A DNA stretch of 63,292 nucleotides, counting the filler, from Bigelowiella natans CCMP2755 (lineage: Eukaryota; Protista; Cercozoa), in the NCBI GenBank assembly GCA_000320545.1. It is 9 parts of 9 records of this genome, joined end to end, with 100 filler letters (N's around TTAATTAATTAA, not from the genome) between each part and the next. Parts side by side here need not be neighbours in the genome. Positions count along the whole stretch, not along the records: positions 35,010 to 51,719 come from ADNK01003285.1; positions 51,820 to 57,122 come from ADNK01001633.1; positions 57,223 to 59,149 come from ADNK01001484.1; positions 59,250 to 60,335 come from ADNK01003514.1; positions 60,436 to 63,292 come from ADNK01002367.1; 4 more parts are not named here. The stretch is one strand, 5' to 3'. The stretch's first letter is position 1, and each line of letters begins with the position of its first letter. The position numbers and the translations under genes were made by a program. The notes beneath the pieces are model-generated. The model was not told the DNA's origin, searched no databases, and saw nothing but the letters and a program-made list of their open reading frames with translations. Shown here piece by piece: positions 48,733 to 63,292 of this stretch.

Positions 48733-51473
48733 TGTAGTAATGTGAGTACATCTTACATCTGATTTTGAAGCAAATGATATCTAAGTACGCTTTCTATTGG
48801 CTTGAATTTTGTGGCTAGAGGAATAAGGTATCACCGGAATAACGACGTAGCTGATCATGATATGGGCCTGGAAAGTGAGGAACAGCAACGACATTATAAC
48901 TCTGACTTCATCCACGATCAAATTTTATGTGAAGTTCCATTTTTATGTCAAGTTCTACTTACTTTGGCCCGCTCCATGTGTGCTTCTAATGTTGATCCCA
49001 AGCCGGATTTAATCGATTTCGCAACGTTTTGCTAAGATTATGCCCAAGTAATGGCAAAGGAAGCGCAAGCACGTTCACTTGTATGGTATTTGAGTATAAT
49101 ATCTGTGTGAATTTGTGTGAGTATGATACCCAGATGGATGTAGTAGCCTCTAGGTCGCCTCCTGTTATATACATAGTTGCTGCTTGGCGTTCCTGACACC
49201 AGGAAGAGGAAGCATTAGATTTTGAGGGAAAGGGAGACTGTCGAAGGAAGAAATTGCGAGGGGGGAGAGAAGGGAGAAAGAGACAGCAGCAGCAGAAGAA
49301 AAAGAAGAAGATAATGATGGTGGTGATGATAAGGATAAATAAATTAATTTATTATTCGACATATTATTTCCTACAATATCGATTCTCCATAGTACAAATC
49401 CAACCCAAAACACCAGTCCTAGTTGTGGTTATTATGTGGCACACAAACAAACACCAAACACCATCACCGCAACCATAACCAGAACAACAAAATCAAGATT
49501 ATGTTTCACGTTTATCAGCACAGCGCATTAGAGAGGAAGCTACTCCTCCTCAAGGGTGGGCTATTATTTATTACCAAGATAGAGAAAGTGGCGAATGTTA
49601 CTGCCTCCAAGAACTTCTTCGCTGCCATCACGTCCGTCAGAATTTATTTTCCTTGCATGCACTGCCCTGGCTTCCACACCCTCCACATCCCTCCAGAAAC
49701 TTTTACAGCAGCACGGAATCATCCTGGGGGAGGTGTGGTCTATCGATTCTAATAAAATATCGTGAATGGGCAGAAATAACAGGAACTACGTTTGCTTTCC
49801 TCTATTTATCGCTGGGATAGCTAGAAAGAATTGAAATAAATTGAGGGGATTATGAAGCCTCAACTTGAAACTGAAGAAGAAGGAGGTGCACCTTGGAATT
49901 CGTGCGAGGCACACAAACGAGTTTGCACTTACACGTGCTCCGAAGCAGCTTCACCTGTCAGGCCACCGATGAAACATCCGAAAATGTACTACGTTCGATC
50001 CTTAAGATTGCATAAAATGTTGTCGTACGATGAAAATCACCTTATGTCCTACTGTCTTCCTTTTTTTGTCGGGTGAAGCAAGTAATGGTAGTCAAGTGGT
50101 AGTGCACGATGATGATAATGATGATGATAACGTGTCCATGGATGTAGATCTATACGGGGTATTTATTGTTGATTTTAGTTATGAAATGTTCATCAGTTTG
50201 TTGGTACTTTGCTACATGTACTTCTCCCACAGTACATGTACATGTACATGTACGTAGAAACACCTAAGATTCTTTTCCTTGACAGCTTAGGCCCACAAAC
50301 TAAAAATGCTCTGGGTTCTGAGAGTCCGTCAACATAAAATTATGCCGTTAAGTTAGTTTCGGATGGCGCCAAGCGATGGCTGCTTGTTAACGGCTTCCCT
50401 ATATTATCCGGTCGCGCAAGGTCACGATGGTAAGGCGAACTGGTTATGAGGGGCACCATTGTAAAAACCAGCTTGATATATGTCATCAGTCTCTCGATGG
50501 ACTCAGCGCGTATCTGGATTCTCCACCGACCCCACCGTCCTTCGTCAATAGAGCGGGGGGCACTGGATGGGAGGAAAGTGAGAGAGAGAATGACAGCAAA
50601 GGATTCTTCGTATCTAGGTGATCGATATCAGAGACATCCTTGATGCTTAGAAACGTGGTTTCTTTCTTACCATGAAAACAATGTAGTTCTAGATTCCCAT
50701 CCTGCACCTCGTTTGTGTGTAAATTTTCATTATTTTACGCATTCTGTCAGAAATCTCAAGGGAAATGCAGGAGGAACTCCATTTTACTCCGTCAAAGAAG
50801 AACTGGAGCAAGAAAAAGAGGATATGATCTCTGCAGTGCCATTTAATCTTCTCTCAGAGACTCACGGGTGTCGGGTTATCGGATGCTCTAGTTATGAGAA
50901 CGGCCATCCCCCGCAACATGCCCTCGGGAGTGAAAAAGAAGGAGGAGGAGGACGAGGAGGATTAAGAAAGCCAAATAAGGAGGAGGAGAAAGGGGAAGAC
51001 AAAATAGAGCATCAAACAACTACGAACAAAAAAACTACTGGCAACATCATCCACCAATTACCCTTGAATGAGGTAGTAGTATGTAGCATTATTTTCTCTA
51101 GATGGAAGGGGGGGGGGGGGTCCCACATGCATACATACACATTACTCGTAAGTGCCGCGTAATCAGTTTTTGCAATCGGTATAAATATGAATAATTGACA
51201 TAGTAATTTGTTTGAAGTGTGGTAGTAGACGTACTATGTGTTGGGTCTCACGGTCTGCTGCACCGCAAACACTGCTCCTCCAACTTCCCCTTTCACACAC
51301 ACCATGCGTGTTGAAGACGTTCGGATGGTTCGTATGGCCTGAGGGAGAGCCGGATCAGCCTAAGGTTGTGAAGCTCGGTTGGCTGCTGAACAGCTGCTAG
51401 ATTGATGACGACGAACGACCTGGGAGACATTAGAATCTTATTTATTAAGCATGCATGTGTTTTCCATGGTGAG

Positions 51474-51512
<39 letters not shown>

Positions 51513-51534
51513 CGAGAGAGAGAGATATATAGAT

Positions 51535-51594
<60 letters not shown>

Positions 51595-51609
51595 GCACAC
51601 ATAAATTTG

Positions 51610-51643
<34 letters not shown>

Positions 51644-53502
51644 ACCTTCATACACAACAGAATATATCAGAATGACGAAGTTAGTCTTTGTTTGCGTGTC
51701 TGGTGGTGTATTTTTTTTGNNNNNNNNNNNNNNNNNNNNNNNNNNNNNNNNNNNNNNNNNNNNTTAATTAATTAANNNNNNNNNNNNNNNNNNNNNNNNN
51801 NNNNNNNNNNNNNNNNNNNCCCCCCCCCCCCCTCATAACCTCTTACTAGGAGAAAGCTGCCGCCGTCAAAGCAGCCTCAAACCCTTCAAAGAAGAACGAC
51901 ATTACCACCAGCGAAAACATCAATGAGGCGCCTCACCGGTCATCAAGGAAGCAGATAGCGTCTCTTCCTCTCAGGGGAAGCAGCGAGCACCCCATGCGTC
52001 AACTCCTCAAGGTAGGGAGTAGGCAGGAGAAGGAGGGGGGGGAAGCTCATGAAAGACCAATCTCTACTTGTAGAAAACGGAGGGTGTTGCTCCTACACAT
52101 CTCTCTCTCTCTCTCTCTCTGCCTTACTCACTTTGTTCTTTTGTTGGATGTTCCTTCATGTTTGGTCAACAGAGAGGCATGCGCGTGATGTACAATTCGC
52201 CGTCTGCAGGGAAGTTCATCGACGCCATTGTGCGAGCGGTGCATCGGGTCCTTCCAACAACACAATAAATAATGAGAGCTGAGAACGACAAAGCTAATAG
52301 TTACACAATCATGGATCTTTCTTTAGTCATGATAGGCCGAATTTGCTCAAGTGAGTCCTTGCAAAATAAAATAAAATCGTTTTGCCTCCTCCACCAGGAC
52401 GGAAAAGTCGATCTGAACATCCGCGCAGATGCAGACCCAAAGCGAATCAAGCTCATACAAGGATATACAAAAGATTCAAATACGGCACGGAGAACCTCCT
52501 CAATGAATGTACGACTAGTTTCTCACCCAGCAGATACATCCCCAAAGAAAACACATGCTTACAACCCCTGTCACACCACACGGGACAAGATTCTAAATTG
52601 ATATAAACTATATAATGTGCTATCGAATTATCGCAGATCGATGAATTGATGGAGGTCTTTCCTCCAGAGCCTGAGGGCAGAAATTTGGCCGAAGAAGAAA
52701 GTGGAAGGATTATAGTGTAGCAGCATGCCAAATATTTCTTTCTCACCGTATAAATACGCATGCCTTTCTTTATCACATGTACACATCACGGTGATACGGC
52801 TGTGCTGTCGCATCTTCATGCACCCAAACGCACCGCATATCTGCTATTGTTGATTGCTGCGACGCATGGCCGTCCCACGAGCTAGCAGTGAGGTCACTTA
52901 CAAGCGCGGCAGAAACATAGCAGATAATCAAATTCATCTGCAGAGCATCTTACATAGAGCCATTCCACTCATTGTACGACGACGACACGTAGCTATGCTT
53001 TCATTATCATCAATCTAGCGATGCAAAAAATGAAAGTTTTTGTCCGTATGCGCGCAGACGCTGCATGCATGTATGTCGAGCTAGCTAGCCGTCTAATGAG
53101 ATGTGATTGTACATACGTGTAGACAAACTATATAATGTAATTTAGTACATATGGGGATAACCCAAGGGGCATGAAAGTATTGTGCACATCTCTACATCAT
53201 AGCATATTTAGATATAAAATTGTGCTATGTGAATTAAGGAACGTGTTGACATGTTTTCATGTCTTATAATACTGCAACAATGATGCAATCCAAACAAGCG
53301 TTTGAATGAAGTGAAAGTGCATAAATCGTGGAAGGTATATCCTTCTCTGTTGGACAAATTAATATTATATGTTTCCTTGCGTTGCCAGCTTTTAGTGCAA
53401 TCCGAAGGCTACTTGTTTTGATTTCAACATCTGCATCACTTCCAGGTGATTTTCTACCGGGTAAAAGCTTACTCGGCTAGACTAAGATTTATTATGGTTG
53501 AA

Positions 53503-53710
53503 TCAAATAATGACGCAGGATGATTCCTCTGGTTTCTCCTCCTCTTTGTCAGTATCTAGCCAATCAAGCTCGTCCTCAACTCTCTTCTTCTTCTGGGGGC
53601 CACCTCTGCGTTTCTCTTCTTTAAAGTTACTGTTGGCGTTCATTTCGCGCGGAATTCGTGTTATCGATTTCGCAATCTCCATCAAAGCGTGCATCTCAGC
53701 TTTATCTCTC
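53503..53710 (-). CDS. Terminal exon of an unknown protein ending in a CaaX motif
   Basis: Charged ORF ending ...EEEKPEESSCVII*. Confidence 0.35.
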
Positions 53711-54937
53711 GTCTCTACAAAGAAAACAAGGGTCACTCAATTCCAAATTCCGTCGCCCCAACACGCAGATAAAAGCACTTACTTTTCTCATGTCTATCTG
53801 GTCTTTTTGCGTCTTGCATGGAACCTACAGGCTACGACTTGATGCCGGGCAAACTGGGTTGGTTCGAAGGCAGCACCGAAGAAAGAAAGGGGGGGCGTCG
53901 TTTCAAAAAGGAATGCAATAGCTGTATCTCACAACCTGGAGCACACGATTTTTAGAAAATAATTTATGCAAAAAATATCTTATGATGTGAATTATTCTTC
54001 ATCGAATCTGCACCGAACACATATCTATGTTCCTCCAAGATAAAAACACGATCCTACGAAATATTGCCATACTAAATGTGAGCATTTCATGCTTAGCGGG
54101 TGAGAAATCTGTCTGCTCCACGAAAAATCTGAGGAGCAAAGAGACACGGGATCATACTATAAGCGACAACAATTTCTGTACGAACAGCAGTAGAAAACCA
54201 CGGCAATTGAGAAAAATCCCAGATCAGCTTCGGATGCTCGAGGGTTCAGCACGCCATAGCGGACGAATCGCCATGATTCGTTCTTTTTAAATATAAACAT
54301 AGCGATGATTTGATGTCGTATCATTAAAATGGATTATATTCAGTATCTTTCTCCCACGTTTCTTGCACTGTAGCTTCTGGAAAAAAAGATAGTAGGACCA
54401 GCCGTTCAGGAAGGGAGCACCCCCAAGAGGTGCCTTGTTTGTTGCACTGTCGGCCTTCTTCAATTTTTGGGGTCGAACAACATTGGTTGTTTTATTGGAG
54501 AAAGAAGTTTCGAGAGGGAAATTTAGCCTTCCCGCTTTGGAATGCTTCATATGCATCCCCGGAAGCACTTCGGGTTCATTTGTTAGGGATAAAACCGTGA
54601 AATCTTACATTTTTCCAGAGGGGACTGGGGAAACTGTGCAAGGCTGAAAAGTTCTGAGCGGATATAAAGATCTTGGAGAACCGGAGAGAGGAAGAAGCTC
54701 GAAAGAGGAAGCGCTAAAATGGTCCATAAAGCCGTTCGCTCTTATGCTTTTAAAGGTATCATTAAAATCTTATGACTGTTGGCAAAGGCAAATTTTACGC
54801 TGATGTTAATGTCTCATTCCAGTATGAGATCAATGTTGATTGATTTACTTGTTTATTCTTATTCAGTATGGGGCATAACAGATCTCCCACCATCTTGCGG
54901 TATGTATGAGCTACACTCACCCTCTCTCTTTCTCTCT

Positions 54938-54972
<35 letters not shown>

Positions 54973-55261
54973 TGTGCATACATTGCGTGGATGACATTGT
55001 ATATCGTATAGTATACATTTGCATTAATATATTTGATATTTAAATAAATTCCATGTAATTCAGGCGCGGAAAGGGCGGTGATAAAATTCAAAGGACAGGA
55101 ATATGTGACTCCTATTGGGAAGAAGGATGATTCCCTCCCAAATACGCTGCTTTGGAACACAGTCTTCATGATGTGCGACAGAATTTATGCACAGCACTAT
55201 TACCGACATGCATTCGTAACAACTCCGCATTGATAATTAATGTTGCAATGTTAGAAGCGAC

Positions 55262-55307
<46 letters not shown>

Positions 55308-55631
55308 TTCGCTCGTTCTGATGCTGTCTTCCTTCATATACGTCTGTTTTCTCGTTAGAAATCTTGCGGCAGAGGTCGAGACAATGATGAGCTCATTCGC
55401 CAAGAATGAGATTCGCGTGAAGGTCCAGGATGCAGGGAGCAAAACAGTAATATGTCAAAACGTTGTGCACTAGGAGGATGTGATTTTGATCTACACACAC
55501 ACACACACACATGCACACGTGCACGCATGCTGCACACACGAGCGCACACCCATATTTCTTCATGTTTACATCTCATAAATGTACATTTCGTGCACAAGCA
55601 GATCGCTACCGGGGCCATGGTCATCACAAAG

Positions 55632-55689
<58 letters not shown>

Positions 55690-56226
55690 CTAGAAGACAT
55701 GAGCAATTCAATGTGTGCGAAGTTGGCGACGTACTCAAAATGGGCTCTATCGTTGTTCTTCCAAACCCATCGAGAGACTTACAATCAGAAACCTTAAACC
55801 ACCAATGAGCGCACGCATTGGAAGAATCGTCTGTGTCTAATTTTGCGGAGCGGAAATACTTCGCGATTCTTACTTCTTGATTCATCATAATTTCATAGCT
55901 TAGTTTTATTGCGTCTGCTTTCGATAGGTTGCTGACGGGAGGAATAAAGATCTAACGATGTTCATAGAACTTAAGGTGGTTTTTCGCCTCTTTAATACAC
56001 ACACACGCACTAGTGCTCAGGCCCCTTTGCAGAATTCTATAAATATGATAAATACGCATACGCGCGCGTCACACCCAACAATTGATACGGATGGTAAGAT
56101 AGATGAAAATCTTCTCCATTTCCTAGCCATCAATCTAATGTCGCCTTTCTCTCCCCTCCACCAGAATTTGAAAGGAGACTCATTCGGGCAACTCGGAGTG
56201 GGGTGGTTCCGGACTATTACCAGAGT

Positions 56227-56259
<33 letters not shown>

Positions 56260-56322
56260 CACATGTAGATATGCTGAGAAGGGGGAGGGGGGGGGGTTCA
56301 GGAAGTGTGCGAGTGTGTGTGA

Positions 56323-56362
<40 letters not shown>

Positions 56363-57409
56363 TGAGAGAGAGTGAGAAACTCAGCACATACGCATTACTA
56401 CTACTACTTCTACAACCACTACTACTACTACTTCTACAACCACTACTACTACCACTACCAGAGTCCCACGGAGCATAAAGCAGCGCGGAAGAAGAAGTGG
56501 TTCGAAAAGAAGGTTGAGAAGGAGTCAAGGAAGCTGGAGAAGAAGATTGACAGGATGATAGACTTCATGTTTGGAGGTGCTACTAGCAGCTGCTGCTGCT
56601 GCTGCTGTGCGTAATGTGCATGCACGACTAACTCTCGAAAAATAATCCCCGCCGAACTCTTGCTACTTCTTTGAATTAGGAGATAACTTGAAGAAGCTAA
56701 AATCAGTCGTACAGGTGAAAAAGAGGAGGAACGAGGGGCGGGGGGGAGGGGGGGCGGAGAGTATGAATGCATTGATTTATCGCTAATAATAAACGTCACT
56801 TTCATCTAGGGAGCAAGTGGCGCGGAAGCTGAGGCGAAGGTCCTCTATGAGCTGATGCGTTTTGTCAAAACGCAAGAAGGCAGAGAGCTGCTGGCGTATA
56901 AGCTTGACCCTGAGCGCCTCCCTGCGCGTACGGTCAAGCGGCATGGCTCCTCTATCATCATCCACAGCAAAAAGACTTTCGAGTTTTTGTCGGTATTGGT
57001 GAAGGCTGCGATTAGAGAGGTATGGAGAAACAGCAGCAGTAGTAGTAGTGGTAGTTGTTGATTTTGTTGTTGTTGTTGTTGGAGAAGCAACTAGTTTTTC
57101 TTCTCCTCTCGCCCCCCCCCCTNNNNNNNNNNNNNNNNNNNNNNNNNNNNNNNNNNNNNNNNNNNNTTAATTAATTAANNNNNNNNNNNNNNNNNNNNNN
57201 NNNNNNNNNNNNNNNNNNNNNNCCCACTGTGGTTGTTTCTGGTGGTCCCAATAATGCTGTTATACCTGGTACAATATTCACCCCCGTCTTCGCATCTCCC
57301 CATTCCGGGCGTTTTCCCCGATAATGACAATAATATAGTAGCGCAGCAGCCGCCCATTTTCAAAGTGCTTATTGTGAGTGTTGTGTGTTGCGTGTTGTGC
57401 GTTGCGTGT

Positions 57410-57453
<44 letters not shown>

Positions 57454-57906
57454 GGTGGGTGGGTGCTGTGCTGTGCGCAGCTTGTGAAGGGCCTTCTGGG
57501 ACTTGTTGGTCTCTGTCGCCCTCCATCCGCAAAGGATCCTTTCAACGGCATTCCTACTGACCCTGCTGATGATCGGGTAGTAGCTCGTGATAAGTGAGAA
57601 AGAACTCCGACTCGTGTTGTGCTGCTGCTGCAACTGCTACTACGGCGCCGTGCACGCCATGTGGTTTCAAGCCGATTTTGCCTTTCATCATTGCCATGGA
57701 GGGCTCCTGTTAAGACGATGTATTTTCCTATGTGTTGTGTGAGACATCCGCCGCCATTCGAGCCAATGAGAGCCCGCTTCCCATCTCTCCCCCCCACCCC
57801 TTCTTCTTCTCCTCCTCATATTTCTACTTCTTCTTACTATTCTGATAGAAAGAGGCTTCCGTCCGCAAATTCGACTTCATTCTTATGGGGGCCACTGGAT
57901 TCACGG

Positions 57907-57942
<36 letters not shown>

Positions 57943-58547
57943 CGTCTAATAATAACACAAACAACAACACAAGAGGATATTGAGACCGAGTTTGCATCGA
58001 GCAAAACACCCTCCTCGACTCATCGTTGGCAGCGCACGTATGCTCTTGCTCGTTGTTTGCTGTCCTGTGTTATTAGCCTAACGGTCAGTCATCGTCGTCG
58101 TCGTCATCACTGTCCTCACCATCATCAACATCGCCAACACCACCACGATGCTCCTTCCTCCTCCTCAGGAAAACTGGCGGCCGAGTACATCGCGACTGTA
58201 TACGGCATGAAGAAGTACAAATGGGCAATCGCTGGACGGTACATGCTTGCCCCACCGCACATCTTCCAAAGAAAACACACACACTAACATGTTCGCGATG
58301 ACGGCGGTGAAGGCTGCTGCTACCACTACTCCTGTTTTTAGAACTCGTTTCGCGTCAATTCACGCCTCATCATCATCATCATCGTCGTCCACGTTGGCAT
58401 ATACTTGCTCAGTTCTATCAGCAAGCTTGAAGCTGTCAAAAAGGCGCTGGTGGCAATCAATGAGGTTAGTAGGGGCATGGGGCAGCGGACTGTCGCGAAA
58501 AGCGCGAATTCTCTCAATTTAGTATATAACGTATATTTCTATATATA

Positions 58548-58588
<41 letters not shown>

Positions 58589-59249
58589 TAATATTTATAT
58601 ATACACATTAATATATAGTATACAATGTTATGATATAATAGTGCGAAAATGTGTGAGTTTGTTATTAATAGAAATGGGATATGCAGATCCATCACATCTC
58701 TATTCATCGACGACCGATGTGATGATAAAAGGCGTGTGGTGTGTGTGTATCCCCAGGAAATGAAGAGCTTGGAGCTCGTTGTTGGGAATAGCCTCGATCA
58801 CAAAGGTGCTTCCCTTCTCCTCTTGAATGCTAGTTTATAGCGAAAATAACGCCTCGCAATGATGATGATGATGATGACGATGATGATGACGACGATGATG
58901 ATGAGACGAAGAAGAAGAAAAAGGAGGAGAAGAAGAAGAAGATGATGATGAAATCCTTACGGTCACGTCATGTACCTTGCACGCAAGTATGCATATTATC
59001 ATCATCATCATCATCACCATTATCATCTGTGCGTGTATGCAGTCTACAATTAACAGAGAGGGCGAGAGGGGGGGGGGGGGGGGGGGGGAATGGAGGGATA
59101 AAAAACGACGCTGGCAACTGTTAACCCCTTTGACTTACCTATTTCTTTTNNNNNNNNNNNNNNNNNNNNNNNNNNNNNNNNNNNNNNNNNNNNTTAATTA
59201 ATTAANNNNNNNNNNNNNNNNNNNNNNNNNNNNNNNNNNNNNNNNNNNN

Positions 59250-59750
59250 GGATGCAGAGGGCTGGTATGGACACGAACCTAAGGACGAAGGTGAGTTCTG
59301 GGTAAGCGACAAAGGAGATAAGGTTAGAGAGGAATCTATTACCTGGTGGTTGGTGAAGTTCCGAAAGCGATGAAGGTCTAAGGGAATAAGGAAGGAAGGA
59401 AGGAGCAACGTGACTTGGGGGAGGTGTAGCGCGTACCACTACGCGGGCACAAGTCACGTGCGACAACAAAGGGGTTGTCGCGGATATAGAATATAGATAA
59501 CGTAGATATTAATACAGCATAGGCACGTGGGTTCCGGCGGGACTCATGGCAGCACACCGGAAGTGTGCTGCCCCACGTGCGGCGGCATTCGCGAAAGCTT
59601 CGCGAATGATTACGCAGTGCACGATTTAATAAAAATATAATCTTTAATAAAAATAAACACAACTCTTCAAAAGGAAGCAAACGTGCCTTTCCCCCCCCCT
59701 GCCTACTTGTGCACGTAGCGCCTCGGCCTGTGAACACCTTACGCGCAACA
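59250..59750 (+). mobile_element. Second copy of the same gypsy (pol 3' end, PPT, LTR 59425-59750), cut by contig start
   Basis: Reverse complement of about 39056-39556. The flank differs (tgcaaagctg versus tgcaacgcac), so it is an independent insertion. Confidence 0.93.
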
Positions 59751-60335
59751 TGCAAAGCTGACGTGTCACGTGTGCAGGTGTTCGACCCTGATGTCTTGTC
59801 ACATTTTGGAAACGTGGTTCTTCATCATTGTTCATTGTTCATTGTTCATTGTTCGGACCTGTTGCAGAACAAAAATGCACACAGCTGTTGCTGCTGACGT
59901 GTTCTCTGGTTGGACAATCAGTGTGAACGTGTGATGTGCACAGCATGGCTGATGTGTCACAACGTTCGGAACACATGCAGCCCCGACTAGCCGAGCTGAT
60001 GTGAAAACAGTCACCAACCAATGCAAAAATGTGGAGTGTTGCAGCCCCAAGCTGATGTGATGACCACGTGCAGCTCCGAGCTGACAAAAATGCACGGCCA
60101 CATGCACGTGTCTGGGTGTGCACACACGTGCAGCTTGCAAAAAAAAAAAAATCACATCCCCCCCACCCCCCCCCGCCCTCTCTAGCTCTGCAGTTTCTCA
60201 CTCATGGTCATTCGGTGTCAATGCGATGACTTGTGCCATTGTGCACGTGTGCACATGCACATGCACACATCGTGTGCTGAGGCATGACAATGCCTGCAGC
60301 ATTGGGGGTCATCTTCAAAAAAAAAGGGGGGTTCG
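59751..60335. other. TpA-depleted island 4
   Basis: The only TA are CTAG at 59987 and 60182. TG/CA mosaic at about 60240-60270. Confidence 0.88.
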
Positions 60336-60905
60336 NNNNNNNNNNNNNNNNNNNNNNNNNNNNNNNNNNNNNNNNNNNNTTAATTAATTAANNNNNNNNN
60401 NNNNNNNNNNNNNNNNNNNNNNNNNNNNNNNNNNNAGCTCCGGCTTCCATCATCATTATTTTCTTTTACTACTACCACAGTCTACAATATAATTGATCGC
60501 AATCTATGCATGTCCATCATCATCATCATCATCACTGACAATTGTAGGACCCAAAAAAAAGAAGTAGATAGTGTCCCTTTTCTTTAATATAGTGTTTTCC
60601 TAGCAAAATAGAAGACAGCTCAGATAGAAACCAGCTCAAATAACAAGCATGATATTATTATCGTGCAGAGTTTTTGTCCTGCTCCGAGTTACCGGATCCA
60701 AACGACGCCCCACAATTGAATAGCTTCATCACGATGCAGCAAGAAGAGGCAAAAATAATTACGTCATATCTACGCATGTATCTACATTATGTATCAGTAT
60801 ATTCTGTGCAAATGAATCAGTGGCGATAATATTAATAATTGATTCACTTGGTTCTGCTCCAGATCGGAAAGCACTCTGTAGACCTCGTGAAGGTGCTTCA
60901 GGTAA

Positions 60906-60936
<31 letters not shown>

Positions 60937-61032
60937 TTCTTTGTATCTAGTGCATTCAAAAAGCTGCTGCTATGGGCAAGGATAATAACAACTGTTGTAC
61001 TACAAACAGGTGTGTAATAAGAGTTCAGAGAT

Positions 61033-61096
61033 GCTACGGATTATAGAAGATGCTATGGCTGAGGTAGGTGCTGGATTTGCGCTACTACCATGTTGA

Positions 61097-61144
<48 letters not shown>

Positions 61145-61554
61145 GCACAACCACACACTGATGGATGATGATGACCCACGCAGTATTCTTTTTATTTCCG
61201 TATTTGTTGTTATGTTGATTAAAGTACATACAAGAAGGAGACAATGGTGCTGGATATGAAAGGGTTAGTAGTAGAAAGGAGGATTTTGAACCAAAACAAA
61301 AGAACTCTCCGTCGTATAACCCCAAATTTATATCGATGCAGATTAACAATTTTCCTCCTCTCCTCTTTTTGTCGTCGTTTGTGTATGTCGTGATGTCATT
61401 CATGCTGTTGTTCTTATGTTGTAACATGCATTATCATCATCTTCCAGCTTCAAAAGAGTCGTGATTGCCTCCGTGAGAAGACTCTGTAATAATAAGTCCA
61501 GAAAATAGTAGTAGCACCGATACATGATGCTATTACTGTGCCATCCATCCATCA

Positions 61555-61601
<47 letters not shown>

Positions 61602-61866
61602 CAAACGTAGAAGCAGCTAAGAAGAGAATTAGGAATTATTGAAGAGGCTGTGCTGCTGCTGCTGCTGCTCCTGGTGGTGGTGGTGATATAGGATATTGAA
61701 GAAGAATGACATACATGAAAGTATTGAAATCGTGACAATTTAGGAATTTTTTGGACCAAGTGACCCTAAATCTATTAAGGCATGGGGAACAAATGGTCGA
61801 TAAGCATGGAATTCTTCTGGTACTACTACAATATTTCTATTACTGATATATATTAATATTATTTGT

Positions 61867-61897
<31 letters not shown>

Positions 61898-62263
61898 CAT
61901 AGTGTTTATTTTGAACTTATCTTTTTTGTACTAATTATTCTGCTTTTAATTTTATATTTAGAGAGGAGCCTCAAACGGGGGATTAAACTTAGGTATATTC
62001 CAATAATGTTTCTGATGAATGTGGCGTTATTATTTAATTTGTTCTCTTGACCATCTTTATAATATGATGCAGGGCTATGGATTCGTTATCCCGACGAATC
62101 GAAGCAGAAGAACAGTGACGTTGCGTAAGTCGATACATCACAACAATTACAAGCAAGCAAACAAATAAACAAACACTGCTTACTTTTTTGCTTTCCGTGT
62201 GTGTTAGCGAGTGACAAATTAACACAACTACAATACTAACATAATTTTCTCTCTCTCTCCCTA

Positions 62264-62294
<31 letters not shown>

Positions 62295-62796
62295 GTGTTT
62301 GTGCGTGTGTGTGTGTGTGTGTGTGTTTGATCAGTGATATCTCATGGAAGGATATTGGAGCTTCTCTGGCACGGCTGCCTATGGAACTGAGAATCGTCAG
62401 GTAATATTATATATCGACGCAGATACAAATTAAGAGCATAAGTCAAAGGGAAAGCTGCCAAAATCCGTCTCCTTCATCTGAATAGACTCCTCTCACTTTT
62501 TCATCCCCTCCCTCCCTTGTGCAACAACAACACCAGAACTGGAGTGCGGTTTTTGCAGATTGATTTCGATCAAGTGTCAACCAAGGTCTTCTGGTTCTAT
62601 AATAAGCGCGCACAACACAACAAATGGTCATTTAAGGTTGTTTGTGTGCATGATAGGCGAAGAAACTGCAGGCTTATGTCTCCGTAGGTGGTCTCTTCAA
62701 GATCTCACGTATCGATATTCCGGGTGAGGGGAGCTACGGATTATAGAAGATGCTATGGCTGAGGTAGGTGCTGGATTTGCGCTACTACCATGTTGA

Positions 62797-62844
<48 letters not shown>

Positions 62845-63253
62845 GCACAACCACACACTGATGGATGATGATGACCCACGCAGTATTCTTTTTATTTCCG
62901 TATTTGTTGTTATGTTGATTAAAGTACATACAAGAAGGAGACAATGGTGCTGGATATGAAAGGGTTAGTAGTAGAAAGGAGGATTTTGAACCAAAACAAA
63001 AGAACTCTCCGTCGTATAACCCCAAATTTATATCGATGCAGATTAACAATTTTCCTCCTCTCCTCTTTTTGTCGTCGTGTGTGTATGTCGTGATGTCATT
63101 CATGCTGTTGTTCTTATGTTGTAACATGCATTATCATCATCTTCCAGCTTCAAAAGAGTCGTGATTGCCTCCGTGAGAAGACTCTGTAATAATAAGTCCA
63201 GAAAATAGTAGCAGCACCGATACATGATGCTATTACTGTGCCATCCATCCATC

Positions 63254-63292
<39 letters not shown>
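61033..63292 (+). repeat. About 560-bp direct duplication (61033 to about 61598, and 62733-63292)
   Basis: Near-identical copies 1700 bp apart, with about three differences. Confidence 0.9.

Overview
Eukaryotic, probably algal or protist, genomic DNA. The window is nine contigs joined by artificial 100-bp spacers (44 N + TTAATTAATTAA + 44 N). Host genes are intron-rich with microsatellite-filled introns: a RseP/M50 protease, an ABC1/UbiB kinase 3' end, a Ser/Thr kinase, a bestrophin, a BT1 folate-biopterin transporter and a sulfotransferase-like gene. The main signal is a set of sharply defined islands (about 4950-5660, 27247-34503, 37520-39055 plus 44495-47160, and 59751-60335) from which the TpA dinucleotide has been almost erased by T:A>C:G changes (TA to TG, CA or CG). 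The few surviving TA are mostly in CTAG. In the largest island a Ty1/copia pol is ruined: no Tyr in 657 aa and YVDD has become CVDD. Former (TA)n microsatellites are now TG/CA/CG mosaics, and tandem-repeat copies show TG versus CA at the same site. This looks like a repeat-directed, mirror-image-of-RIP hypermutation defence. A young, TA-rich Ty3/gypsy element with apparently identical LTRs has inserted twice into such islands, each time next to TGCA. It carries a degenerate DNA N6-adenine methyltransferase-like domain at the Pol C-terminus. All dinucleotide counts were made by eye.
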